Part shown: piece by piece, positions 1 through 8,826 of the stretch
Numbering within the stretch: the first letter of the stretch is position 1
Layout: the number at the start of each line of letters is the position of its first letter
Notes under the pieces: model-generated
Database searches by the model: none
What the model was told of the DNA's origin: nothing
What the model saw: only the letters and a program-made list of their open reading frames with translations
Source: Acidimicrobiia bacterium
Lineage (GTDB): Bacteria; Actinomycetota; Acidimicrobiia; Spongiisociales; UBA11373
Length of the DNA stretch: 64,000 nucleotides
Direction: 5' to 3'
Assembly (NCBI GenBank): GCA_029263095.1
Contig: JAJCYA010000077.1
Location: 2,874-66,873 of the forward strand
Made by a program: the position numbers and the translations under genes

Positions 1-8
1 CGTCGCCG

Positions 9-686
9 TCAGCTCGTGTCGAGCAGCTTCTTCTTGGCCTTCGTGTACTCGGCTGCGGTCAACGCCCCCGACTCGCGTAGGGCGGCGAGCCTCTCCAGGT
101 CTGTGGCGAGTGACGGGGACGGGGTACTCGCTTCGCTCTGCTGCGGGGTGTGGCCTGCGGCTGAGTATTTGCCGCCGGGCTCGCTGTTGACCAGGCCACG
201 TTTGCTGAGGTCGGTGATTGCGGAGCTGACCGCGATCTTTGATAGGCCGGTGGCTTGGGCCAGCTCGGCGTAGTTGCCGCTGCCCAGATTCTTGAGGGCG
301 GCGAGTACCGCCTCAGCGTCCTCACCGGGGTCGGCGGCAGGGTTGCTGACGGGCTTTGGCTTGCTGGCGGGCTTTGGCTTCTTCCGGCTCTCCGGAGCCG
401 GGGCCGGCGGCGGCGGGGGTGGCTCCTCGGTATCGGTGGCGGTTGAAGCGGTCGGCTCCTTGGCGTCCTGTGGCGTTGCGCTGCCGGTTGCGGCCGAGTA
501 TTTGCCGCCGGATTCGCTGGTGACGAGGCCACGTTTGCTGAGGTCGGTGATTGCGGAGCTGACCGCGATCTTTGATAGGCCGGTGGCTTGGGCCAGCGCG
601 GCGTAGTTGCTGCTGCCCAGACTCTTGAGGGCGGCGAGTACCGCCTCGGCGTCATCGCTGGGGGGATTTGGGTTCTTGTCGCTCAT
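9..686 (-). CDS. Protein with two tandem winged-helix HTH-like domains (AEAVLAALKxLGSxNYAxLAQATGLSKIAVSSAITDLSKRGLV), a Pro-rich linker and a C-terminal SHOCT-like motif (LERLAALRESGALTAAEYTKAKKKLL)
   Basis: 225-aa ORF with a clean N-terminus. The two domains are encoded by a near-identical ~180-bp nucleotide duplication (150-335 and 483-668). Domain assignment is by motif recognition only. Confidence 0.6.
   Translation of the reverse strand: MSDKNPNPPSDDAEAVLAALKSLGSSNYAALAQATGLSKIAVSSAITDLSKRGLVTSESGGKYSAATGSATPQDAKEPTASTATDTEEPPPPPPAPAPESRKKPKPASKPKPVSNPAADPGEDAEAVLAALKNLGSGNYAELAQATGLSKIAVSSAITDLSKRGLVNSEPGGKYSAAGHTPQQSEASTPSPSLATDLERLAALRESGALTAAEYTKAKKKLLDTS
150..668. repeat. Intragenic direct duplication of ~180 bp, two copies 333 bp apart, nearly identical
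   Basis: Seen directly: gcggc(t/c)gagtatttgccgccgg...gaggtcggtgattgcggagctgaccgcgatctttgataggccggtggcttgggccagc occurs at ~157 and ~489. Confidence 0.8.
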
Positions 687-850
687 CGGTGTTGCTGCCT
701 TGGTCTCGGTGGCCTTCGAATCGGTCGACTATTGGAGGAACTCGTCCTGTTCCTCAGCGAGCATCCTATCGACGGGACCAATCCAGGGTTCGACCTCCGG
801 CTTCGACGCTGGGCCGAGTCCGGTGGACCATCGGCGATGCCCGGCGGCCC

Positions 851-2347
851 CTACGGCCTGAGGCGCATCTCAAGGCCCTCGACCGTGAGTTCCATCGATT
901 CGATCGCGGTCTCGTTCAGGTTCGGGTTGAAGGTCGGACCCACCCACTTCTTCGGCCACCCCTTCTGGAAGGTCCACTCCACGGCGGGACCCTCGAGGGA
1001 CTCCATGAACAGCGAACCGCCCACTGCATCGTCCTGTGAAGCCGAGCGGATCCAGTTGTAGAACTCGGGGGAATCCGTCATGCCTCTCTTCAGGACGAGG
1101 TTGGTGAACTTCTGAATCGTCGGCGCCCGCATCGTCGTCTCGGGCTCGGCCCCAGTGCGGTAATCGATCGGAGCGGGCTCTGTTTCCAACCCGGAGACCT
1201 CGCTGAAACTCGCCGACATCCCCCGCTCCAACTCGACCCGGAACCGGAAACCGCCGCCACGTTTCGCTTTCTCGGCCCGGTCCTGCAGCCACTTCCATAT
1301 CCCGAACGCTGCCGCACCCGCACCGCCTACCAGCAGTGCGATCAGGAGTGGATTGGCTCCTCCGTCGTCGGTGAGGGGTGCGGCGACGACGCTGGTTGGG
1401 GGAGCGGTCGCCACGGTGGTTGGGGGACTGGTGGTTGGGGGACTGGTCGTCGGCGGAACAGTGGTAGTTGGTGGCGGTGGCGGAGCCAGGGGACCGACAA
1501 CGAACACCGGGAGGTCGGTGAGAGAGACGGGTGCCTGCAGAATGTCCACTCCGCCGAGGGTCGGGTCGAATGACTGCCCTCCCTCAGAGCAAAACGCCCC
1601 GAAGTTGAAATCGACGTTGCCGTCGCTTGCTTGGCGTCCCCGCAAGAAGCTGGGGAAGCCTGCGATCATGGCGTCGCCGGCCGCCCCGAATTCGCTTGCC
1701 GGGATGGCATAGAACAGTTCCTCGCCGATGGCCGCAGCAAACCCGTGAGCAGCTCTCTCCTCCCAGGTTCCGCCCATGAACTCGAGGCCCGCCGCCGAGA
1801 ATCCATCAGGCACGCCCTGTCCGGTGCGTATCACCGTGACATAGTTGGTCCCGTTGAACAGATCGCCGGGGATGCCGCTGAACGCCTCGTGCTCGGGGAC
1901 CTGCCAGGCGAGCGGGTACTCGCAGAACAGATCCGCGGAGTAGTCGACGTCGAGATCGAGCTGGATCTGAGCGATCACGTAGGGCCCGCCGGTATCGAAA
2001 TCAAGACCTTCGGGACTCGACCTGCGGATGCCGTCGGAGTTGAGCGACGAGTCGAAGGGACTCTTGGGAGCCGAGTGCCCCCTTTGCTGGAGATCGGTGG
2101 CCCACACGCCCAATCGGACGCCCCGGATGTCGATGTTCCCACCGGTGTAGCCGGGGGTGCCCGCCGGGTGGTAGATGTCGCCCAGTGAATCCGCCATCTC
2201 CAGCATCTCAGCGGCACCGCCCTGGTCCGTCAAGGCCAGGTCGACGCTGTCGAGCAGCCGGATTGGGAGGGGTGTAGTCCCGGCCCAAGCCGATCCAATA
2301 GAGATGAGGAGCGACGAGGCGACCAGTAGTACGAGCCGGCGGAGCAT
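851..2347 (-). CDS. Bitopic membrane protein: signal peptide, ~330-aa extracellular domain, Pro/Thr-rich linker, TM helix, and a cytoplasmic C-terminal phage tail tube domain (T4 gp19 / TIGR02241 / PF06841-like)
   Basis: Start trimmed to MLRRLVLLVASSLLISIGSAWA (signal-peptide-like). PT linker PPPPPTTTVPPTTSPPTTSPPTT. TM helix LLIALLVGGAGAAAFGIW. C-terminal FRFRVEL..FSEVSGLETE..LVLKRGMTDS..WPKKWVGP..ESMELTVEGLE matches the eCIS/T4 tube-protein pattern. Confidence 0.65.
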   Translation of the reverse strand: MLRRLVLLVASSLLISIGSAWAGTTPLPIRLLDSVDLALTDQGGAAEMLEMADSLGDIYHPAGTPGYTGGNIDIRGVRLGVWATDLQQRGHSAPKSPFDSSLNSDGIRRSSPEGLDFDTGGPYVIAQIQLDLDVDYSADLFCEYPLAWQVPEHEAFSGIPGDLFNGTNYVTVIRTGQGVPDGFSAAGLEFMGGTWEERAAHGFAAAIGEELFYAIPASEFGAAGDAMIAGFPSFLRGRQASDGNVDFNFGAFCSEGGQSFDPTLGGVDILQAPVSLTDLPVFVVGPLAPPPPPTTTVPPTTSPPTTSPPTTVATAPPTSVVAAPLTDDGGANPLLIALLVGGAGAAAFGIWKWLQDRAEKAKRGGGFRFRVELERGMSASFSEVSGLETEPAPIDYRTGAEPETTMRAPTIQKFTNLVLKRGMTDSPEFYNWIRSASQDDAVGGSLFMESLEGPAVEWTFQKGWPKKWVGPTFNPNLNETAIESMELTVEGLEMRLRP

Positions 2348-2384
2348 GCGTCGACCATACCGAGTCCTGGCGCAGAGGCGAGGC

Positions 2385-2915
2385 CTAGCGCGCCGCAGAG
2401 AACCAAGTGTGGGGGCCGAACTGGTTGCGAGGCACCGGTTCTCCCCGCTCGATGTACCACTCGAAGCCTCGGACAACTGACGACAGGTACGACCTGAGCT
2501 GCGGGCGTACTCGCAGCAGATGGGGGATCCAGCGGACCGCTACCGGCACCGACTGGAGAACGTACGGATACACGGCAATGCGCAGCGTGGAGGACCCGTT
2601 GTCGATCGGAGTGATGCGCCAGGAGACGAACGAGGTGTCTTCGCCGCTGCGGCCGATCTCCAAGTCGTAGCCAACCCCCTCGGTCCACTCCACGAAGCGG
2701 CGTTCGAACACCCATCCGCTCAGGTAATGGACCTCGTCGCGGGACCCGACACCGGGCCACTGCTCGACCGGGTTTCTGTCGCAGAACGGATGGCACTGCC
2801 CGAGGTTCCCCGGCGTCGCGATGACGTCCCACACTGCTGCGGCCGGAGCCGCGATGTGCTGGGTGACGGCCACCGGCCACCTGAACCCGGGCCGGGGGTC
2901 GTCGTGCTCTGCCAT
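2385..2915 (-). CDS. SRPBCC (polyketide cyclase/AHSA1-like) family protein
   Basis: 176-aa ORF with Trp/aromatic-rich composition typical of SRPBCC. The overlapping ORF 2230-2982 in another frame was rejected as Arg/Pro-rich. Confidence 0.55.
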   Translation of the reverse strand: MAEHDDPRPGFRWPVAVTQHIAAPAAAVWDVIATPGNLGQCHPFCDRNPVEQWPGVGSRDEVHYLSGWVFERRFVEWTEGVGYDLEIGRSGEDTSFVSWRITPIDNGSSTLRIAVYPYVLQSVPVAVRWIPHLLRVRPQLRSYLSSVVRGFEWYIERGEPVPRNQFGPHTWFSAAR

Positions 2916-3009
2916 GGTCGAACCCTATGCGCGAGACACCGCGACGGTCCATCCGCCTGCGGACCGGGTCTCTACCCTCCACCCCGTGAGCTTCGACCCT
3001 CTCTCGACG

Positions 3010-3603
3010 ATGGCCGCCTCCTACGACGCCTACGCATCCGACCGGGAGGAAGCCGGTGAGCCCGACTGGCGCGACGACATCCGGGATGACTTTGTTTCCC
3101 GGCTCCCCGCCGGGCGCCGCGTCCTGGAGATCGGAGCCGGGGTCGGGTTCACCTCCAAGTGGTTCCTAGATCAGGGGATCGACATCGTCGCCACCGACCT
3201 GTCACCCGCCAACATCGAGTTGTGCCGCGCCAAAGGGGTCCCGGCCGAAGTACGAGACATGGCCGACCTCGGCTTCGCCGACCGGTCCTTTGCCGGGGTA
3301 TGGGCGGCCAGCTGCCTGATGCACGTACCCACCGCCGAACTCGGCTCGGTGTTCGCCGAGGTCAACCGGGTGCTGGTGGACGGTGGGCTGTTTTGGGCGG
3401 GTACCTGGGGTGGACCAACCTCCGAGGGGATCTGGGCCGACGACTGGTACGAGCCGAAGCGGTTCTACTCCATCCGCGACGACGATCTCATGCGGTCCCT
3501 GTACGAGTCTCACTTCGAGGTGCTGTCGTTTAGTTCCTTTAGTCCGATGACCGACTCCGACTGGCACTACCAGTCGGCCCTGCTCCGCGCCGCGGGGGAG
3601 TGA
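3010..3603 (+). CDS. Class I SAM-dependent methyltransferase
   Basis: Motif VLEIGAGVGFTS (SAM-binding motif I) and downstream DLGFADRSFAGVWA. Start placed at MAASYDAY to avoid overlapping the divergent upstream gene; ATG 2914 is an alternative. Confidence 0.6.
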   Translation: MAASYDAYASDREEAGEPDWRDDIRDDFVSRLPAGRRVLEIGAGVGFTSKWFLDQGIDIVATDLSPANIELCRAKGVPAEVRDMADLGFADRSFAGVWAASCLMHVPTAELGSVFAEVNRVLVDGGLFWAGTWGGPTSEGIWADDWYEPKRFYSIRDDDLMRSLYESHFEVLSFSSFSPMTDSDWHYQSALLRAAGE

Positions 3604-3664
3604 GCCGCGCCGGTTCAGTGGGCCAGTGCTCGCGAGGGCCGCGATAACCTTCCAATAACCGGAG

Positions 3665-5980
3665 TCAGTCCCCGAGTGCGATCGGACAGCCATCGCCGGC
3701 GGTGAGGGTGGCGGTCATCAGCCTGAGCCCGTCGGCGGCGATAGTCACGGTGCCCGTCGAGGCGTTGAGCGTTCCAACCAGCCGGCTGCCGTCGTTCTCC
3801 AGGAGCGTGATGCGGCCTCTGCGGAAGACGGCTCCGTCGATCGTGGCGGTGATGGCGCCGCTGTCGGCGAGCATCGCCGGCAGGAACTCGAGGGCTTCGG
3901 TCATGAGCGCAAACCCACCTATGGCCAGCTCTGTGTGTTGATAGCCGAATAGCAGTCCCACCACGCCGCTCATCCCGAACAACCCGAATTCCTCGTCGTA
4001 GGAGGTGAGGGGCGGCGTGGCCGCCCCCGCCGGGTTACCACCAACCGCAGCGAGGATGGCGCCGCCGAGAGCCGCCAGCTGGAAGTAGTCGGCCAGTTGG
4101 AATAGGGCGATACCCCGATACGGCCCGCCGGGCCGCGAAGCGCATGCCGTCACCGCTGCCCCGATGTCGCCTGCGATAGGCACGTCGTCGGAGTCCACCT
4201 GGAACTGGTAGGCGCCGAACAGCACATAGGTGAGGCCGGTCCCGACGCTCGCGGTGCCGAAAGCGGCGAGGGGCTGCCCATCGGCATCGGCGTGCGCCTC
4301 GAAAGTCAGCTCCTCAAGCGAGACATCATCGCCCGGTGTGAAGGTAAAGGAGACGGACCCGTCATCGATGGTTTGCAGCGTGGGTGTCACCGAGTCCGCA
4401 GACCCGGTGATCTCGACGGTCGCCCCCCGATACGGCTCTCCGGCAAGGTCCGTCACCGCGACTAGCCACTCGGTGGCGATGCCCGCTTCGGCGTGAATAG
4501 GCGGCGCCTGAATGCACAGGGCGCTGCGGGCAACCTCGGTGGCGAACGACTCGGCCCAATCCGTCGCGGAACCCTGTGATTCCAGCAGTGCGCCGGCGTC
4601 CCTGTCGGTATTGGGATAGGCGGTCAGGGTGCTCCCGGTCTGGTGCCGCACCCCCGCGATGTACACGTCACCGGCGAATCGGTCTCCCACGCCCCACAAC
4701 GAGACCAGGCTCCCGGGCCGGAGGGGCCACAGCGGGTCGAAGGCGTGTTCGACTATCGCATCGACGTCGGCGAGGGTGATCACGTCGGCCATCGGGAGCC
4801 GGGAGGTCAAGGTCCCGGCAACCAGCTCGGTCAGCCCGGAAGAGTCGGCGCCGTTCTCATCGACGATGCGATTGAGTAGCAGCGTGCGACAGGCGGGCTG
4901 CTCGACGGCGAAGGTGTCGTCGAGCACCGGCGCCTCGAACGCGACCGGTGGGAGCGACGCCGGGGCGGCACCCACCTCGACGGACGCTCCGCACGGGGCG
5001 TCGATCGGAATCGGGCTCAGCGGTGCCGGAGGCTCGCCGTCGAGCCATCCAAACAGCATGTGTGATCCCGGTGGGATAAACAGCGAGAACTCCCCGGTTC
5101 CGGTGATGACGGCGATGCTCCGGTGGCGGCCCGACACCGACACCAGGCGGACGCCCCCCGGACCCCCGATCGACCCCGAGACGAGTGCCGGTTCGTCGCA
5201 TCGGGTCATCGGGACCAGATTCGAGAACAACACGTCGTCGCCGAGGGAGATCAGCTGCACAGCGTCGGCCTCGGCGCCGGAGATGAACAGGTCGCGCCCG
5301 GTTAGCTCGCTCAGCGCGACCGGCTCGAGACCGCCGGATACCAGCAGCCCGGATTCGGTGACTGTCAGCACGCCTGCCGGACCGCTGTCGGCGGCATCCC
5401 CGTCGTCGCTGCCGATCTCATCTCCCAATTCGGCTTCCCACCCGGTGCCGAGTCCGATGAGGATCGGTGTCGCCGGATCAATGCCCGACGAGGTGACCCG
5501 CAGACGCACCACGGCGTCGTCGGCGACGATCAGCCGGTCCGAGTCGAGCCAGAGTCCGGGACCGGCGGCCACCCGGACCGCTCCCAGGCCGATGCCCGGT
5601 CCGTCGGCGTGCAGCACGATCAGATACTCGCCCTCAGCGGTGTCGGGAGGGATCGTCAAGGCGGTCTCTCCGACACCGGCAACGACGGTGGCGACGCTTC
5701 CATCGGGTCCGATCATCTCCAGCGTCCCGGCGAACGGCACCGACACGACGGTTTCGGCTCCGGGTGCGGCGACGGGTGGCTCGACACTCAACGCGGCCAG
5801 CCCTTCACCTCGGGGCCGGGCTTGGGCGAGCGGGGCAGTCGTGTCGCCCCGGGTTGTGGACGTCGGATCGACTTCGAGGGCCGGCTCCTCTGTCGAGGTG
5901 CACGCAGCAGCAGCCAGCATCGCCAGCGCCACCAGGGCTGTGGTGGCGCGCCTTGGCGATGCGATCAGCCGGCGATGCAC
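3665..5980 (-). CDS. Large secreted lipoprotein (~771 aa), function unknown
   Basis: GTG start gives MHRRLIASPRRATTALVALAMLAAAAC (lipobox LAAAC). The upstream 230 codons of the ORF are Arg-rich wrong-frame-like and overlap the upstream gene. Low-complexity Gly/Ala/Asp composition. Confidence 0.5.
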   Translation of the reverse strand: MHRRLIASPRRATTALVALAMLAAAACTSTEEPALEVDPTSTTRGDTTAPLAQARPRGEGLAALSVEPPVAAPGAETVVSVPFAGTLEMIGPDGSVATVVAGVGETALTIPPDTAEGEYLIVLHADGPGIGLGAVRVAAGPGLWLDSDRLIVADDAVVRLRVTSSGIDPATPILIGLGTGWEAELGDEIGSDDGDAADSGPAGVLTVTESGLLVSGGLEPVALSELTGRDLFISGAEADAVQLISLGDDVLFSNLVPMTRCDEPALVSGSIGGPGGVRLVSVSGRHRSIAVITGTGEFSLFIPPGSHMLFGWLDGEPPAPLSPIPIDAPCGASVEVGAAPASLPPVAFEAPVLDDTFAVEQPACRTLLLNRIVDENGADSSGLTELVAGTLTSRLPMADVITLADVDAIVEHAFDPLWPLRPGSLVSLWGVGDRFAGDVYIAGVRHQTGSTLTAYPNTDRDAGALLESQGSATDWAESFATEVARSALCIQAPPIHAEAGIATEWLVAVTDLAGEPYRGATVEITGSADSVTPTLQTIDDGSVSFTFTPGDDVSLEELTFEAHADADGQPLAAFGTASVGTGLTYVLFGAYQFQVDSDDVPIAGDIGAAVTACASRPGGPYRGIALFQLADYFQLAALGGAILAAVGGNPAGAATPPLTSYDEEFGLFGMSGVVGLLFGYQHTELAIGGFALMTEALEFLPAMLADSGAITATIDGAVFRRGRITLLENDGSRLVGTLNASTGTVTIAADGLRLMTATLTAGDGCPIALGD

Positions 5981-6630
5981 GTCAGGTCCGCCCGCACCGT
6001 CCCGTCCACCGCTCCATCGAAGGAGCCTTCCAGATCGATCCTGGCGACGTCGGCGTCCCCCACGCTGTCGATGAAGGCGATCGTGATTTGAGCGACTCCG
6101 GCTGCGTCCTGGAACGTCACACCGATCCCGGTACCGGTCTGGTATTGAGCATCGAAGGGGGTCTCGAAGTCGCCCTGGTCGCGCCAGCCGCGGACGTGGG
6201 CCACCACCCGCACCGTCGGTTCGGTCGGGTCGTCCAGATTCTGATAGCCGAAGGCGATGTTGAGGAACTCCCCATCGGCATCGTTGCGGACGTCGCACAG
6301 CGGGAACGCTTCGAATGCCCCGGCGAGGACACCCCCGGCGGTGATGGTGCCCCCAACCGTCCAGTCGTCGGCCGGCACCGCCGTCGTCGTGGTTGAGGCG
6401 GTCGCCACTGTGATGTCGAGTTCGATCGGTCCCGGTTCGTTCGTACCGGTTGGCGGCGCTGCCGAGAACGGGGAGGTAGCGCTCGGGTCGGCTTCGGAGG
6501 CTCCTCCGCAGGCGGCGGCCACGAGCGCCAAAACGATCGGCGCGATCAGCCGGAGCGCCTCGGCGCGGACACCGGTCGGGGACGGATCGGATCCGTGATC
6601 GTGATGTCGGCTCCAGGTCTTTGGGAGCAT
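5965..6630 (-). CDS. Lipoprotein, unknown function
   Basis: LIAPIVLALVAAACGG lipobox. Its stop overlaps the GTG start of the downstream lipoprotein by 16 nt. Confidence 0.5.
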   Translation of the reverse strand: MLPKTWSRHHDHGSDPSPTGVRAEALRLIAPIVLALVAAACGGASEADPSATSPFSAAPPTGTNEPGPIELDITVATASTTTTAVPADDWTVGGTITAGGVLAGAFEAFPLCDVRNDADGEFLNIAFGYQNLDDPTEPTVRVVAHVRGWRDQGDFETPFDAQYQTGTGIGVTFQDAAGVAQITIAFIDSVGDADVARIDLEGSFDGAVDGTVRADLTCIAG

Positions 6631-7014
6631 CGGTTCCCCCTACGACGGTGTCCAAAAGCCTACCCATCAAGGGTCGTACGCACCGTGGGAGGGTTCCGAC
6701 GCGCCCACTGGGCGCGCCGCGGCGGTGGGCGGGGCTTAGATCCGGTTGAAGATCGTGCCGATCGTAAGAAGTAGGCCACCACCTGCTGCCAACCAGAACG
6801 AAACGTCTACGTCCACGTCGAGCCCAAGCCAGTCGGAGTAGAAGACGATCCCGAGCAACAGTGCTCCTACCGCCGTGGTGAAGGTCCTATTGGTAGGTGG
6901 ACTCAGCCGCAATTTGCCTCCCTGCTTTTGGTTTGGCAACGCTACCGTCCTCGGACTCCGCCGGTGTCGGTGGCCGCAGGGTATGGTTCGGAATCCATGG
7001 TGAATGGGGGCTTG

Positions 7015-7716
7015 ATGCGTTCGAAAACGGTCCTGTCGCGGCTTCTTCTGATCGCATTGGTGGCGGCCGGCTGCTCGGACGACACCGGCCCGACCACGAC
7101 GGCTGCGGCCGCAACCACGCAGACGCCCGCACCGACCCAAGCACCCACCGCCGCTACGCAGGCGCCGCCGAACACGCCTGCCCCTGCGTTGTGTCCCGCG
7201 GCTGGAATGCCCATACCCGGCGCGCAGGAGGGGCTGCCAGACACCGTGGGCGGAATGCGCAACGACATCGTTGGGGCGGCCTCGGAGTGCGACCTCGAAC
7301 GATTCGCCGAGTTGGCACGCGAGGGCCCCGGTGAGTTCGTCTTCTCCGGCGGTGAGATCCTGTTCTTTGTTGGACCGCCGGACGAGGCCGCCAGATTCCT
7401 GAGCGGGCTCGCAGATGACGGTACCGATGTCCTGGCCGACGCCGTTGGGCTTCTCGATCTGCCCTTCGGCTTCATCGAGGACCCCGAACCGTGGGCGCTG
7501 CTCGACGACCCTGCCCTGGCACCCCTGTACGTGTGGCCGGCGGCCGCGGCCTACTCGTCGTGGACGCAGGTGCCGGATCCCGCCCGCGAAGCGATCCGCG
7601 CCTTGCTCGGGGGCGCGGCGCTGCAGTTCTTTGCTGAACAGGACATGTACCTCGGTCCCCGCCTCGGTATCACCGAAGCGGGGGACTGGGTCTTCCAACA
7701 CTTCGGCGATCTGTGA
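7015..7716 (+). CDS. Lipoprotein with Thr/Ala/Pro-rich linker, unknown function
   Basis: MRSKTVLSRLLLIALVAAGCSDD lipobox followed by TTTAAAATTQTPAPTQAPTAATQAPP. Confidence 0.55.
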   Translation: MRSKTVLSRLLLIALVAAGCSDDTGPTTTAAAATTQTPAPTQAPTAATQAPPNTPAPALCPAAGMPIPGAQEGLPDTVGGMRNDIVGAASECDLERFAELAREGPGEFVFSGGEILFFVGPPDEAARFLSGLADDGTDVLADAVGLLDLPFGFIEDPEPWALLDDPALAPLYVWPAAAAYSSWTQVPDPAREAIRALLGGAALQFFAEQDMYLGPRLGITEAGDWVFQHFGDL

Positions 7717-7809
7717 TCGCTGTGATGGCCTCGGTCGAATGATTGGACTCAGGGGATAGCAGCGGTACCTGGGTATCGTCGCGGATTCACAGTGGTAGAG
7801 GGGTCTCCC

Positions 7810-8496
7810 ATGCGTCCAAGGTTCGTACTGCAAATCCTGTTGGTCGTGGCTCTGGTGGCTGCTGCCTGTTCAGATGACACCGCTTCGACAACGGCCGCGA
7901 CAACGGCGCCGGCCACCACGAGCGCTTCTGCCACGACCCAAGCACCAGCAGCAACGACGACCACCACCCAAGCTCCGTTGGTCACGACCGCTCCCGCCAC
8001 GACCGCGGCGGGAACGACCGGACTCCAGATCGTTCAGGTCGGTTTCGACACATCCTTCCAGGAAGGCTGGGTGCTGTTGCAGAACACCGGCAGTACGCCG
8101 GTATCACTTGGCGGCCACTTCTTGTGCCAGCGACCTTCGTACTTCGCACTTCCTGATGTCACGATCGCAGCGGGCGACATCTTCTGGGTCGGCGTCACGG
8201 GACCTGTGGACTCCCAGCCGACTGTCGGCGCCGGCGGGGCCATCGGATCGCTCGATGCCAGCGATGGCGAAATGGGGTTGTACTCGTCGGGTTCGTTCGG
8301 AGATCCGACCTCGATGGTGTCGTACGTCGAATGGGGATCCTCGGGGCACGGCCGGTCGTCGGTAGCTGTCGATGCCGGAATCTGGGGTGCGGGTGACTTT
8401 GTGCCTGTGCTCGGGAGTCTGACGGGAGCGATCAACGTGATCGACCCGGCCGCCGGAGCCGGGACCGCCAATTGGGAAGAGCTCGAAGCGCCGTAG
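7810..8496 (+). CDS. Lipoprotein with Thr/Ala-rich linker and C-terminal lamin-tail-domain (LTD)-like beta domain
   Basis: MRPRFVLQILLVVALVAAACSDD lipobox. LQIVQVGF..EGWVLLQNTGSTPVSLGGHFL..YFALPDVTIAAGDIFWV resembles the LTD pattern. Confidence 0.5.
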   Translation: MRPRFVLQILLVVALVAAACSDDTASTTAATTAPATTSASATTQAPAATTTTTQAPLVTTAPATTAAGTTGLQIVQVGFDTSFQEGWVLLQNTGSTPVSLGGHFLCQRPSYFALPDVTIAAGDIFWVGVTGPVDSQPTVGAGGAIGSLDASDGEMGLYSSGSFGDPTSMVSYVEWGSSGHGRSSVAVDAGIWGAGDFVPVLGSLTGAINVIDPAAGAGTANWEELEAP

Positions 8497-8639
8497 ACCC
8501 ACGAGCGAGGGCGAGTGCTGAGACCACCGAAGACGCGTGGAGCCCAAACACGGGTCGCAGCAATCGCCCGTCCGCCGCCCGGCACGATGCCGGCGAACCC
8601 TGCTACTCCCTGTTCCCGCAATCATCGTCGGCGGCGTGG

Positions 8640-8826
8640 TAGTCGAAGATCGTTAATCGATATACCGGTACGTGCTGTCACCAGAATGAGTTGGCAATTG
8701 CTAGTATAATAGTGATTAAAGCCACATACTCTTGACGGCGATGTCTGGTACCGGTAGTATTAGATCGGTAAACGAGAGTTTCGCCGATAAACAGTCATAA
8801 CACAATGGTTAACTAGGGAAGCTTCC
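8640..8826. promoter_or_regulatory. AT-rich (low-GC) promoter/operator region upstream of hipB
   Basis: Seen directly: a perfect TATAAT, a TTGACG-17nt-TAGTAT sigma70-like promoter, two ACCGGT-core palindromes (ataccggtac, tggtaccggtag), and SD GGGAAG before the ATG at 8827. Confidence 0.45.

Noticed and set aside
851-2476. A complete contractile injection system or prophage around the tail-tube domain gene
   Set aside because: No sheath, baseplate, spike, terminase, capsid or integrase genes within the window. The neighbours are lipoproteins, a methyltransferase and an SRPBCC protein.
2230-2982. 250-aa ORF overlapping the SRPBCC gene in another frame
   Set aside because: Arg/Pro/Gly-rich low-complexity translation typical of an off-frame reading of high-GC DNA; the overlapping 176-aa frame has a recognisable fold-like composition.
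5981-6670. N-terminal 230 codons of the 1001-aa ORF (and similar long N-terminal extensions at 29697-30026, 36596-37216, 17382-17831, 23378-23710, 57582-58013, 61047-61193, 31908-32081, 33169-33213)
   Set aside because: Arg-rich translations that overlap the upstream gene. An internal start gives a signal peptide, SD, or family-typical N-terminus in each case.
6736-7833. 365-aa minus-strand ORF antisense to the 7015-7716 lipoprotein. Its 3' end (6736-6885) could encode a ~45-aa two-helix hydrophobic peptide (VGALLLGIVFYSDWLGLDVDVDVSFWLAAGGGLLLTIGTIF).
   Set aside because: The bulk is Arg/Gly-rich antisense artefact. The short hydrophobic tail has no ATG/GTG start with an RBS that I could identify, so it is not reported as a gene.
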